From Lingula anatina (lineage: Eukaryota > Animalia > Brachiopoda), in the NCBI GenBank assembly GCA_051362555.1, contig CM120643.1, positions 9,114,001-9,178,000 on the forward strand: a stretch of 64,000 nt of DNA. The letters run 5' to 3'. Shown here piece after piece: positions 37,301 through 49,182 of the stretch (position 1 is its first letter; each line of letters starts with the position of its first letter). The position numbers were made by a program, and so were the translations under genes. The notes under the pieces were generated by a model that worked only from the letters and a program-made list of their open reading frames with translations, did no database searches and was not told the origin of the DNA.

Positions 37301-39761
37301 ACATATGATTCAAGAGACTGCTCCCAAAGAGGACAGTTCTTTGCAGACTGTCTTGGCTCCAAATCTAAATAGACATGACACACAGTCTGAAGAACAGCCT
37401 GCTATTACAAATGTAGAATCAAGTGGAGAAGCAATCTTGGAAGACGACATAGCTCCCGAAAAGACAGACACCATGCTGAATGAAAACACTGCACAGATTA
37501 CAAGTGAAGAAGAAACCTATCCTACTCTCTCCAATTGGGAAAATCCCAATACAGTTGGACAGGCAATACTTGAAGAAGAAGATATAGTACCCCCGGCTCG
37601 TCAACCAGATGTTCTGCCAGACAGATATGTTGCCCTCCTTTTCAGTAACCAAGATTCTGTCCAAGATCCTTCCCCTGGTGAAGCTATATTAGAAGAAGAA
37701 ACGCCTCAAGCAGATTATCGCAATTTAGATGGACAAGCAATACTGGAAGAAGATACGGTGCCTCAAGCTCGCCAGCCAGATATTCTGCCAGACAGATATG
37801 CTGCCCTTCTTTTCAACCACCAAGACCCTGTCCCAGGACGTTTTCCCGTGGAAGTTATATTAGAAGAAGAAACGCCTCAAGCAGATTATCGCAATTCGAT
37901 AGGGCAGGCAATACTGGAAGAAGATACAGTACCTACGGCTCGCCAGCCAGATGTTCTTCCAGAAAGATATGCTGCCATCCTTTTCGGTGATCAGGACCCT
38001 GTCTCCGAACCTTCCCCTGGTGAAGCTATATTAGAAGAACAAACGCCCCAAGCAGATTATCGCCATACGGAAGGACAGGCAATACTGGAAGAAGATACAT
38101 TACCTCCGGCTCGCCAGCCAGATGTTTTGCCAGACAGATATGCTGCACAATTATCAAGTGACCAAGATTCTGTCTCAGGACCTTTCTCTGCTGGAGAAGC
38201 CATTTTAGAAGCGGAAGCAGCCCTGCCCAATCTTCCAGACGGTCCCTCTTCAATACTTGGTGAATATGACACCGAGCCTGTTTTGACATCACAAGTTAAT
38301 GATAAAAGGTCTGGAGTGGCGGCCTTAGAAGGTGAAATAACAACACCAACACCTCTTCAACAAACCACTCCCAGTGATAACAACGTGCTTTCCATTGATA
38401 ATGTTGCATACAATTACGATGATGGACACTTTGTCATAGAGGATGATAAGGAAATCCTGAACCCACAGCAAATTCTTCGAGATATTGCAGAAGTAATTCA
38501 CGAGAATTCGGACATCCTATCAGATTTCAATGGAGAAATGTTTAGCCTGCAGGATGACACGATTACGTCATCTCCAAGTTTACAATCATTTATTCCGACT
38601 CAGCAAAGTGTAACTTCTGCCAGTGGACCGAATGAAGAAGACGCTCATCCTTACAGTGCCGTTGGCAGTGAAAATCCTTCTTACATTAACTCAGTAGATG
38701 CAAACAGTGAAGCATATCACTCAGATCACGTGCCTGTCGGTGACATGGATTTCAAAGGGATTGAGTTCACAAATCAAGAATCACCAGCACAATCGAAGAC
38801 ACCGTCAGGCAACTGGAAACCACAGTTCAATGTGGATCATGATTTTCGAGTTGTTGGAAATGACCAAGACGATTTAGGCCACCATGACTACCTTGACATG
38901 ACTGAAAGAGTTGTAAACGAGGCCGACGATGCTCCATTATGGTCAAATGTTGCAAATCGATTTCCGATACTACAACACGACGATATTGACGGTAACATTG
39001 ACTTGACGAAACGAGACGTAGACGATACCGCCACTGGACAAGATGGCTTCTTGACAGGGTCAGATTTCACGCCAGAGGAGGTCCACAATCAATATCCAGG
39101 TGTGGTAGACACTTATCTGCCCGATCCCTTGTCCAGTAGTGATGACATCATTGCCGACCAGAACGCAGTGAAAGACAACAACCGCGGGGTTTTGGTCGAT
39201 ACAAACTGGGATATCCCGCAGGTAGAAAACGACCAAACGAATACCAACGAAGGTAGTGGTGTGGACGAAGGAAATGCGCATGCGCGCTTTCAGCTTGGGG
39301 CATCAGGAAATATGGTCGCTGCAACTGACGACACTCTAAAATTCAGATCTCAAGGAGATGCTACTTCTGATAATAATAAGTTTGGAGAACTACAGAAAGA
39401 AAATATGAACCACGATGACCCAACTGCTTCATTGGCAAGTGGAATCCCAGGTACACCCTCTGATACCAATATAGCGGCAGAAGACGAGAACCATTTGCCA
39501 AAGGCTCAAACAGGCGAAGATACTACAGAGCGACCCTCAACCCCCAGTTTAATGTACATGTTGGGACTTGCACTTGATCACATAAAACAAGCAGAGAAGA
39601 TCTACAAAGACAAGCCAGAATCTTCAGCACAACAATTTCTCGTCAGGAACAACAATCAGGAACAAGAATTCCTAACCGTACCGGCACACAGTGCTCGGAA
39701 TAGTGTTAGCTTAGGAGCAGTGCTTCTCGTTTCTCTCAATGTTCTGTTCTATTTCTTTTGA
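31355..39761 (+). CDS. large secreted, probably GPI-anchored acidic protein with an N-terminal prokineticin/colipase-like cysteine domain
   Basis: Exons 31355-31432 (signal peptide), 31958-32068, 33618-33729, 34323-34400 and 34810-39761 join in frame (phases 0,0,1,1). Cys domain ISCNGSEDCPDGCC...TCGNVSVECEPCSDDCSCAPGLVC...LIC; polybasic sites; D/E-rich stalk; C-terminal hydrophobic tail SLGAVLLVSLNVLFYFF; AATAAA at 40196. Confidence 0.85.
33145..33483. mobile_element. Kolobok-like MITE (TTAA target), copy 2
   Basis: ttaa|agggataaaactcttcgt ... acgaagagttattatccct|ttaa. Confidence 0.75.
36087..36269 (+). repeat. coding minisatellite, 4 x 45 bp (AGVATLDDDPIQTSN)
   Basis: Four near-identical in-frame units. 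Confidence 0.92.
37557..38210 (+). repeat. coding repeat, ~4 x 171-174 bp (57-58 aa)
   Basis: GQAILEED..P.ARQPDVLPDRY.A.LF..QD.V..P.PGEAILEEETPQADYR units start at 37557, 37731, 37902 and 38073. Confidence 0.9.
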
Positions 39762-40631
39762 ATTCGTTATTAAGCCCTGAGACGATTTGCTTTTTGGGAC
39801 CAACAGACTCAGAGCATATTTTCAATGTATGTGCTGTTTTGGAAACACCTCTCTCTTCAAAGTATTCCTTACCCAAAATAAAGGTATTATTATATATTCG
39901 AAACAGCAACCATTTGAAAAATAGCGCCATTCTAGTTCACTGGTGTCTTTGTGGTTATTTTATATAGCTATTGTGTGGATTGAAAAACTGAACAATATGA
40001 CGACTTTAACAGATTGCATGTGCTTGCATCAATGTTTCAAAATGTTTCGGAGTTGGGTAATTTATTTGCATTTATTGTGGATGAATTATTGTCTGCACTA
40101 GTTATTCATTATTTAATATTATTTTGGTCTTAAATGATTTCACAAACCATTAGAATAATATGGATTTATTGGAATGATTTGGTGATTACAAAAGCAATAA
40201 AAAGTGAACGACATTTGGAACTGTACATTTTCATGGTTTATTAATTTATTAACAATATTTTCATATAACTTTATCAAATCCAATTTTTTTTATTTTAACC
40301 TCGTGTCTGTATTGCTACGAACTTCTACAATAGGCATGCGTGTAGCTTATTATATAAAAGCACGTGAACTGAACATACATACCCATTTTTTCAGAGATGA
40401 GGTGTAGATGTGAATTTGCTATTTTGAAGTACGAAGTGCAAAAAAAAATTGCTGACAAGGCTAAGTTTTCCATTGATACTTCATTATTTATCTTAGAGAA
40501 ATACGAAACGGAATTTGGTTGAAAATTGAATGTCGATCTCCATAATTAATAGATACAAGTACAGTGTACTCCATGACACATTGTTAAGTTCCAGGGCGAG
40601 ATTCTCAGACAATCTGCAATTTGTTCAGTGG

Positions 40632-41002
40632 TTAATTACTGACTCTTGTTGCTCTACGGGGCGTAGGCTGTTTCCATAGCCGCGCGGCCGCTGCCAGGAA
40701 CAAGAAGTTGATTACCAGCGCCACCACCATTCCAAAAAAGAGATTTCTCGAACTTTGACAGTTGTGATTCTCTATAAAACAAGGCGTCGCTGAAAATGTC
40801 GACAATCGGCTGAAAGTTTTTTGAACGCACTAAACTGAAGACAAAAGCTCTACAAGCAATTACCCCTATAGAACGATTGGGTTAAAATTAAACAAATAAA
40901 AACAGAATGCAACTTTCAGGTATAAAAATTGTTGGCGACATCCCCTTCACGCCTGCACGCATTTTTTACACATACAAACTGTACGTGCGCACTCGCGCGC
41001 GT

Positions 41003-41054
<52 letters not shown>

Positions 41055-44000
41055 CAAGTACACAACGTCTAAATATAGTCATGATTGCACATAGCTACAT
41101 AAATTAAAATTTTCAAGAAAACTGTATAATCTACGTACCTGGAAATGCTGCTCGAATGAAGTTATCAAACCTTGTGGCCAGTACGGAGCCGATTCCAATA
41201 CTTGTCCATCCAAGTCCCAGCAATACTGCCTGCACTCCTCTGGGGGTCTCAAGGCATACTAATTCAGCCGCTGTGAAGAACATATACATATTTACAGGCA
41301 CATGAACGTACATGTATAGTGGAGCCCAGAAAGAACTCTCCAGATTGTTATCTGTTTGTTTCCTTATGCTACCAAAAGTAACTCTCATGTTAATAGCAAT
41401 AATTATTGGGTATTAGAGCCGACACCTCTGGGGATAACACCCCATGCTGCAATGAGTAACCAAACTATTGTCTGAAAATAACACAATGAGTAAACATGTA
41501 TTGTGTTCATGTAACACATCCATTCATTAAATAAGGGCAGTGTTATAAAAAGTAAACAATTAAGTTGTTACAATTGTTACCTTTGGTATCAGATCAAATG
41601 TACATGTAAATAATCAGACTTAGTATCGTCGAGGTTACTGCCTGTACTGTATGTTCTCGCAGCTTTGAAAAACGTTAAGCAAATTAAGATGCCAGTTGAA
41701 AGTACAGTTCAGTTACAAAACAGTTTTCGTTGATGCCAAGAAGAAATATGCAAGCACGTTATTCAAAAGTACATTTTAAAAAGCAAAATAGAAATGACCT
41801 GAGATGAGTTTTGAGATGCATTGTCGCAATACCTGTTGAAAACAAAATAATCTCCCCTACAGCAGCAAGAATCCACTGAGGCAGTTGGTAGTAAACGGAT
41901 ATCGTCCTGGCACATGGATAGTCCATACGGATGATCTCTAGCACCAAGGCACACACTACGGATAGAACTATGATGGTGCCCCCGAAAGCTGAAAAACAAA
42001 AAGCCAAATCAGATGATAATCATATTCAAAGGGGATATACACACACTGGACAATAGAAGTGTCACCCCTACTGAACCAATACTATGGGAGAGATAAATGA
42101 CTGTGGAATGATATGCTCCTGGTATCATTTTATTAACATCAAATTTCACAAAAAATCACAAAATGAGAACAAAATGTACATTCTACCAAAATATGCAGTT
42201 TCAAGTCCAAAATTAGTACTTAGTGGCATAGCCACGTGACATAATAATAGGTGCCAGTCTACGAGGCAAGGATTGATATAATTGTCTGATGCGTTCAGGG
42301 CTTATGCTGGTCCAAGCATGAAACACTGAATATAACAGAATTTCTCTGCTGGTTAGACGGGCATTTGTCAAAAGTTTTGACATCTCATTCCACACATTTT
42401 CTATTATGTTTGCATCCGGACTCTGGGCAGGCCACATCACCCTGCGAATGTCCTGTTGGTGAAACCAACCATCAACTGCTCTGGGCCTGTGACAAGGAGC
42501 ATTGTCATCCTGGTGAACAAATGGATAATTCCTGTCACCAAACATGTTAGTAATAGATGGTAGCAAGCCTGACTCCAAAACAGCGATATATTTCTAGTGA
42601 TTCATGTTTCCATCAACCACTATCAATTCGCCCACGCCATGGATGCTGATGCAGCCCCACACCATGATAAATATGCTGCCACGGGTTCGAAAATTCAGTG
42701 CATGTGGTTCAAATGCTTTACCAGCAGTTCGCCAGCATCGTACCCGTCTGTCATCAGAGGTCAGACCAAAGCGACACTCATCAGAAAAAATATATAGGAC
42801 CAATTGTCATGGACTGTCCAGTTCCAGATCCTATTGTCCCTAGTTCACTCACCGTTGCCTGTTTTGTAACGATATAAGAGGTTTCAGTCTTGCTACCCTG
42901 CTGTACACTCTCTGAGCATGTAACCGACGCCTAGCAATTTTCACAGACACATTCTTATGTGTGAAATTGTTCCACTGTGTTGCCAATTGTCAAGCAATGT
43001 CGAACTTTGACAACCTGGACATCAAAATCAGTGGTCGGTCTTTACGGCCAGTAGTTTTTCTTGGACAACCCATCAGAGGCAATTTGTCTCTTGATCCAGT
43101 GTTTCTATACCGAGACCAGACCCCCTGCACGGTTCTGACTGAACAATTCAATTGTATCGATATTCTGACATTGCTTATATTCCGCCTCTTCAGGTTAATA
43201 ACTTGACGCCTATAACCGTTAGATAATTGCCTGTATCTTGCCATATTGGAGGAAGACAGGAATAACATTTGCTGTACATGTGCAAGACCAACAATACAAT
43301 TCCATGGTATAGCGGTTTTATACTCATTAGTCACATAATAAGTAAACCAGGCATTATAATTACCCAAGATCTGCCTACTCTTATTACTCTGATTTAGGGG
43401 GTGACACTTCTATTGTCCAGTGTGTGTACATGTAAATAAATTGCATATATTATATATGTAGCGTAATAGTTCCAATTTTTTAACTATGGCAAGGCAACTG
43501 ATCTATAAATGCTAATTGTTCTCTTCTGTTCGGTATTGTATTGTTTTGTATTTTATTGGGTGGCTTTGTGCTGTATTGTATTGCATTACGTAATATTGCA
43601 TTGTATTGTGTTATGCCATCCCATATCATACATTTAAATGGTATTAATGGGGTCTTGTTCACCGTTATCTTATCCATATTTCATATCCTCCCATACGCCG
43701 ACACATTTCATTTGCTTCGTATGTTGGATTAAATTCTTTCTAAACCAAGAAATAATTTTACCTATGCGCAACATAGGAAAGTAGCCTCGACCCATCTTTC
43801 TCAACTTGGGAAGCACACAGTATATAATTATCGGGTTCAATATCAGGACCCCCGCGCACCACGTGATATTGGCAAGGTCAAAGGGCACTGTCGCAGGCCA
43901 CCTGGCGGGAGGGATTAAGCACAATTGCTGTGCCGAATAACTTTCTGTTACCTAAATGTACAAACGGAAATTTGCAATTTACTCGGTACAAAGCTATTTA

Positions 44001-47000
44001 CCCAAATGAAGTTTCAAAAACACTTGTGCAAATAAGTAGTAAAAATGAAAGGGAAGTTACTGTGGAGCGTATGCTGTCATATCTTGTATTGAACTTATTT
44101 TTTAAAAAATCGTTGACAAATATATTTGTATACGTATGTTTTAATGAAACCCGAATTATTACCCTGAACATCTTTAACTTCAATATATGCCATCTTCACG
44201 GCATTAAACTGATGTATACTTTTCTGAATAATTTATCTTGTCTGTGTGATGAATATCAGAGAGGGAAGAAATACATATAGAAGTCGGCAAATGCTGTTCA
44301 CACAAGTTTAATAGAAAGTATATTTTGATTCAGCCAGTTGTACAGTTGTACGCAGTACAGGTGGCACCTCATATTCATATAATTCGTACAGGTACTAGTA
44401 ATATACTTGCCTGCCTTGTCACTAGGGGAAACAACACAAACGTTGCCAGAAAAACCAGCATTCTCAGGAAAATATTGAAGAACCATTTCAATTCGCCGTG
44501 TATTATTTTTTCTGTTTCAGGAGTATCCATGCGCTTAGTACCATAACATATTAAATCATCAGAACGCTCTACAGTATGCTTCCTTGCGAACAAATTCCTA
44601 ATCACCATGGAAAGTGAGCCATCTTAAAAAGGAATATATACAAATTACAATTCTTACAATGACGTTATACTTGCATGCAATTTCATAAATGTTCTCCAAC
44701 GATGATAATACGACACAACAAAATTCTAATTTTAATTCTAATTCTAATTTTAATTCTAATTTTAATTCTAATAGTCTACTAGTACAAATTAAAAAGTAGT
44801 TTGATAAATGTTCGTTACACAGAATCTTTTATGGCATTTTGCAAAATGTTCTCAGAATTAAGGCACAGAAAATTGGCGCACCAAATGTTAAGTGGCTTAA
44901 TTCCCCTCACCAGATTTCGCTGTGTCTATGAACAGGTGCCTTCCACACAAAAGAAGAGTCACAGCACACGCCGAAAGGAAGACCGGGACTCCCATCTTTA
45001 GTCCGTGTAGAACAGGCACTGTGTCCAAATCAGATACATCGTATCTGTACTCCAGTGTGTATGTCGCCATTACCAATGCCTGGGCTAAGGCGTAAATCAT
45101 GAGCAACCTTAAAATAGATGATTTATGGAATGTTTCACTCTGTCTTAGGTGCAATTAATGGAACGTGGGTTTTTACATCTTTTTACTAAGAAGCTACTAG
45201 TTCGCATCATCACAACAAAGAAGCCTGATAGTGGACGTATGTTACGGCTCTGTCCTGGTCGTCGAATCAAATTTGGTCCATTTGTTCTAAATTGTTTCTG
45301 AGAGACTCTGTTCTGGTCCTTCACCTGTGAATGTCTATCATGACGTAAAATTTAGAACCAAGGGGCCGCATTTGATTTGAGGACCAGCGGTGCTAAAGCC
45401 GTAACATACGTACTAAGTCTTCGTACATAATAAACGGGGCATCAAACGTGGCATTCTGTTACGCACGGAAATTATTGTGTTATTTTTATCAACTCTTGAT
45501 TTCCACAGAAATCTTACGTTCATTGTCTTATCTCACCAATATATGTTTGCCCTTCTCTTTCTCTCTCGGTCTCCCCCCTGCGCCACTCCAAAATTGATGA
45601 CGACACTCCTCTGTAGACCAACGGACATGGCGGATATGCCCACCGCCATGTTGAAAAACACTCCTTGAGTCGCCACATTAATGGTCTGTGGGTAAAAAAA
45701 GAGAGAGAACGGCAGTCCAACAAACACAGAACGCTTTAATACGTTGTCATAACGTTTTTTGATCATATTTATTTACGGTGGCGTTATAATAGCGCTCTGT
45801 GTTCGCTGGGAGTAGGGTTTAATACATAACAAAGAAACAATTATACTATGCTCTGTATAGAAGTGGAGTAAATATAAGATTTTACCGTATATATTCCCCT
45901 ACTGCCATGTGTAAAATTATATAAATGTATTAACCAATGCCTTAAATTCAACTTTTAGAAACACTTTTTTTCCTCACAAAACTGTGCTGGCTGTACAACC
46001 GACAAATAAACTGAGCTTAGTTAAAGAAACCAAAGTCATATCTTAGTGTTTTTGCAGAATATTCTGTCATTTTACCTTTTTCCTTCCCGCTCTCATTGAA
46101 ACACTGTAGTTAAAAACAAGTATATAAAATCCAAGTTTCCTGTATTTTATGAAAAACCCTCTAAGTAAGAACTACATGTAGTAAAATCAAGATAAGTGTG
46201 ATAAGAATACTTACGTCATTAGGGATGAATGCAATGACGTCAAAAATCAAGTGGCCTGTCATGGAAAGAGTAAATGATTTTATTAATTGAATGGTTGAAT
46301 ATAAATATATACATGACAATATCTTTTGTAACACAAGAATAAACCACACTTAAAGATTTGTAAATTAATTAGTTCAACGGAGCAATGGGATTTTAATTCA
46401 AATTATTCAATTGGTTCTAAATTTCAAATATACAAATCATATCTTGACGTCGAGGACACCGTTAATCTTACCTAGAGTTAGCATACAATTACATGCCAAT
46501 ATTAAATTGTAATTTCCAAAAACGCCGTCAGACAGAACACCTCCAAATATTGCTGGGAGTGTAGTGGCGGCTGAAAATAAATATAAAACAGTATCATACG
46601 CTTGAAAGAAGTTTGTATAATAGCATTGGGCAAAGTACTGTTAAGTAAGATGTATTATGTATAAAACACAAATTGGCCGGTCATCGCCATAACAAAAATA
46701 TAGATACCTATTAAATAATACAAGTGAATGTCAAAAAGAAAAAATCGATTGTAAACATAACTTGAATTTCATTTAAACCAATGAACAAATATTTACAATC
46801 CGAAGGGAAATTCTAACACAACAACTGTATATTTTGTACTAGAATATTGGGAAACTTTACAACACGCATAAAAATGCAATTGATAAAAGGCCTCCTCCTA
46901 AATGGAAACAATTGTTATTTGTTCTTCAAAGATCAAGAGAAAGAATGTTCTATGGGCTTGTGTTTAGAGCCTTGGTGGATAGTATGATATTTAAGGACCA

Positions 47001-47918
47001 TTCCCAGACCCGATCGTACTATCTGTGGATCGATCTATCTCCGATGGGTTTCTCGTTCAATTGCTTTCAGCTGAAGTGGCTTAGATGTCTGTCTCACCTA
47101 CTGAATTTGCTAGAGGGTAATTACTTATCGCTTAGCAGCTTCAGTAAGTGTGTCAGACATCGAAGCCGTTGAAACTGAAAGCAATTTAGCGAAAAAAATG
47201 GATTGAAAAGATGGATTGATCCTGTTAAATCGATCTAGGTATGGGAACCCAGTCTTACAAACTCACCGATATAGACAGAAGTGCTGATGTCTCCGGCTAC
47301 ACCTATCGATTGGGCAAGTTTCTCCAGCCTCGCGCTTAGGAAAGTAAATGAGGCGTAGATACAAAAAAATATGACCGAATACAATATTGTAGCTTTGACT
47401 TGGTTTTTACGTCGTTTGGATAACCGTTGTGAGTACAAAAAATTTGTTGCTTCACTCTCCTTAATGTCTTCATCTTTATGCATTGGGCTCACTCTGTGAA
47501 AAAATGGGTCGCTTGTGGTCTCGAAACCGGTAAAACGAATTTTGGAAGTCTCTCCTTGCGAGATACTATGTTTTGTCGGTCCTTCATCACTCTCGGAATA
47601 ACTTTCACTGGTTGAATCCGTGGCGTTTGTCTGGTAATACGTGCTATTGATCGACCGGCTGTTTTGCCCCATTGAAGATATGCACCAACTTTCAAGAACC
47701 GACGAGGTATCGTCACCTTCCCAAACAGAGCTGCGGTCATTTGCATACATGGAAGCTTCCGCTGTGTTTTTAGCTTTGGAGCTTAATTGGCTGCTGTTGG
47801 TCGACGTCTTTTTCTGCTTTGCATTTGATGTCTTGCTTGAACTTAAGTCAAAGCGATGATTTCGATCACTTGTTATTCTCATATTTTCTGACGACGGGCA
47901 ATGCAGTTGTGGATCCAT
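40632..47918 (-). CDS. SLC15/POT (PTR2) family oligopeptide transporter-like protein, paralog A
   Basis: 10 in-frame exons: 47267-47918, 46472-46570, 46215-46255, 45537-45685, 44911-45107, 44411-44622 (GC donor), 43762-43951, 41833-41988, 41139-41270, 40632-40771. Motifs FGGVLSDGVFGNY, ISVYYQLPQWILAAVGEI, AELVCLETPRGVQAVLLGLGW. Confidence 0.88.
41004..41050. repeat. (CA)n microsatellite
   Basis: Pure acacac run. Confidence 0.95.
42040..43426 (-). mobile_element. Tc1-family (DD34E) transposon, decayed, in intron 7 of SLC15 paralog A
   Basis: TA|cacacactggacaatagaagtgtcacccc ... ggggtgacacttctattgtccagtgtgtg|TA; HTH piece (LNCSVRTVQGVWSRYRNTG...GCPRKTT), IFSDECRF, MVWGCI, HQDDNAPCH-(34 aa)-ENVW, LYQSLPRRL; contains a stop and frameshifts. 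Confidence 0.95.
45235..45411. mobile_element. MITE / inverted repeat element
   Basis: acgtatgttacggct ... agccgtaacatacgt inverted pair, with internal inverted segments. Confidence 0.6.
46995..47258. mobile_element. MITE family, copy 1 (homologous to 52407-52668)
   Basis: ccattcccagacc...tgtggatcgatcta...agcagcttcagta...gatcctgtta.atcgatct.ggtatgggaa...gtcttac shared by both copies; imperfectly palindromic. Confidence 0.75.
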
Positions 47919-49182
47919 TTTCTCAAAACACGGAATAATGAGGTGATTCTAGAGCTTGAAATGGCAAAACACAGTATAAACTGTGGAGATGAATACGATT
48001 GGATGATTACGCGAATCGTATTAATCACAACAACAATGCATGTTAAATGTGTTGTGGCTGTGGTTTATGGTATATTATCATGTTATCATGTCTGATTTGT
48101 CATGAGATGAAAGATCTAAGATTATACATGTATAATGAGGTTACCGAATGCCCTCCATGGGGACAGCCAAAGTCCACTGTCTGTGAAAACATAGATACCC
48201 AAAATAAAAATGTATGAACTCTGTCATAAATCTAAAATACTAGTACTAATACAAAATGATAACAGCAGTTGATTTTAAAGTCTTTCTTGGTCCAAGAATG
48301 TGAGCAGTATTGGGCATTTTCCACGTCATCATTTTCAGATGCTTGCAGTATTACCATTGCAAATTTCCAGACTCACGTTTTGCAGCGTAATCAATGTGTC
48401 TGGCTTTTAAGTTCATATTGTTTTCGTGACATCATGTACATGTTGAGGGTTGTGTTATACATTTATGTTGGTGCTTTGTGGCACCAAAACTAAATGAGCC
48501 ATACTACAGATTCTTTGAAGAACTTTTATTTAACCAACAAGTGAAGCACTTACAAGTGAAAAACTTATTTTCACTTACACTCGTTTTCAATTTGAGCGCG
48601 GGACGCAAGTGTCACTGAAACAACGTTGACTTAATTCTTAATTTGTAATAAATGTACCACCAGTATAGTAAGCACATGAATAGATCATTACTCAAGAGTT
48701 TAAAATCCAATACCTCAAATAGATTACAAAATATAAATAATGTTTGCATATCAGTGAGGTGATTTGATAACATAGTTATCAAATATGTAAAATACAGATG
48801 TTTTCAATAGTGGGCGCCGACCACTTAAATCACAAGAATCGTAATCACTGTACTGATAATGTTTTACAGTCAATATATCGACACACTGGGATGCACTGGG
48901 CGTTTGTCTGTCATTTAGCTACTAGTATCATGTCAACTGTGTCTTTATCTTCAAGAAAGTAGCACAGATAGTACCAATGTATTTCAATATATAAAAGCCC
49001 CCGCAATTTCACGAACATGGCAATACAGAAACTTAACACACTTTTTACAACCTAACCTTTCAGCACAGGTCCATTCATACTACCTGTACATAATTAACAT
49101 CACGAGACTCATATCAAGACCTTCATCTGCACAATAAACCGATTCTTATGTCATATTTTGCCCCTTCCTAGTATTATTGTTA

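Noticed and set aside
26764-43426. Active Tc1 transposases
   Set aside because: Both copies have stops or frameshifts, and the first has lost its catalytic Glu.
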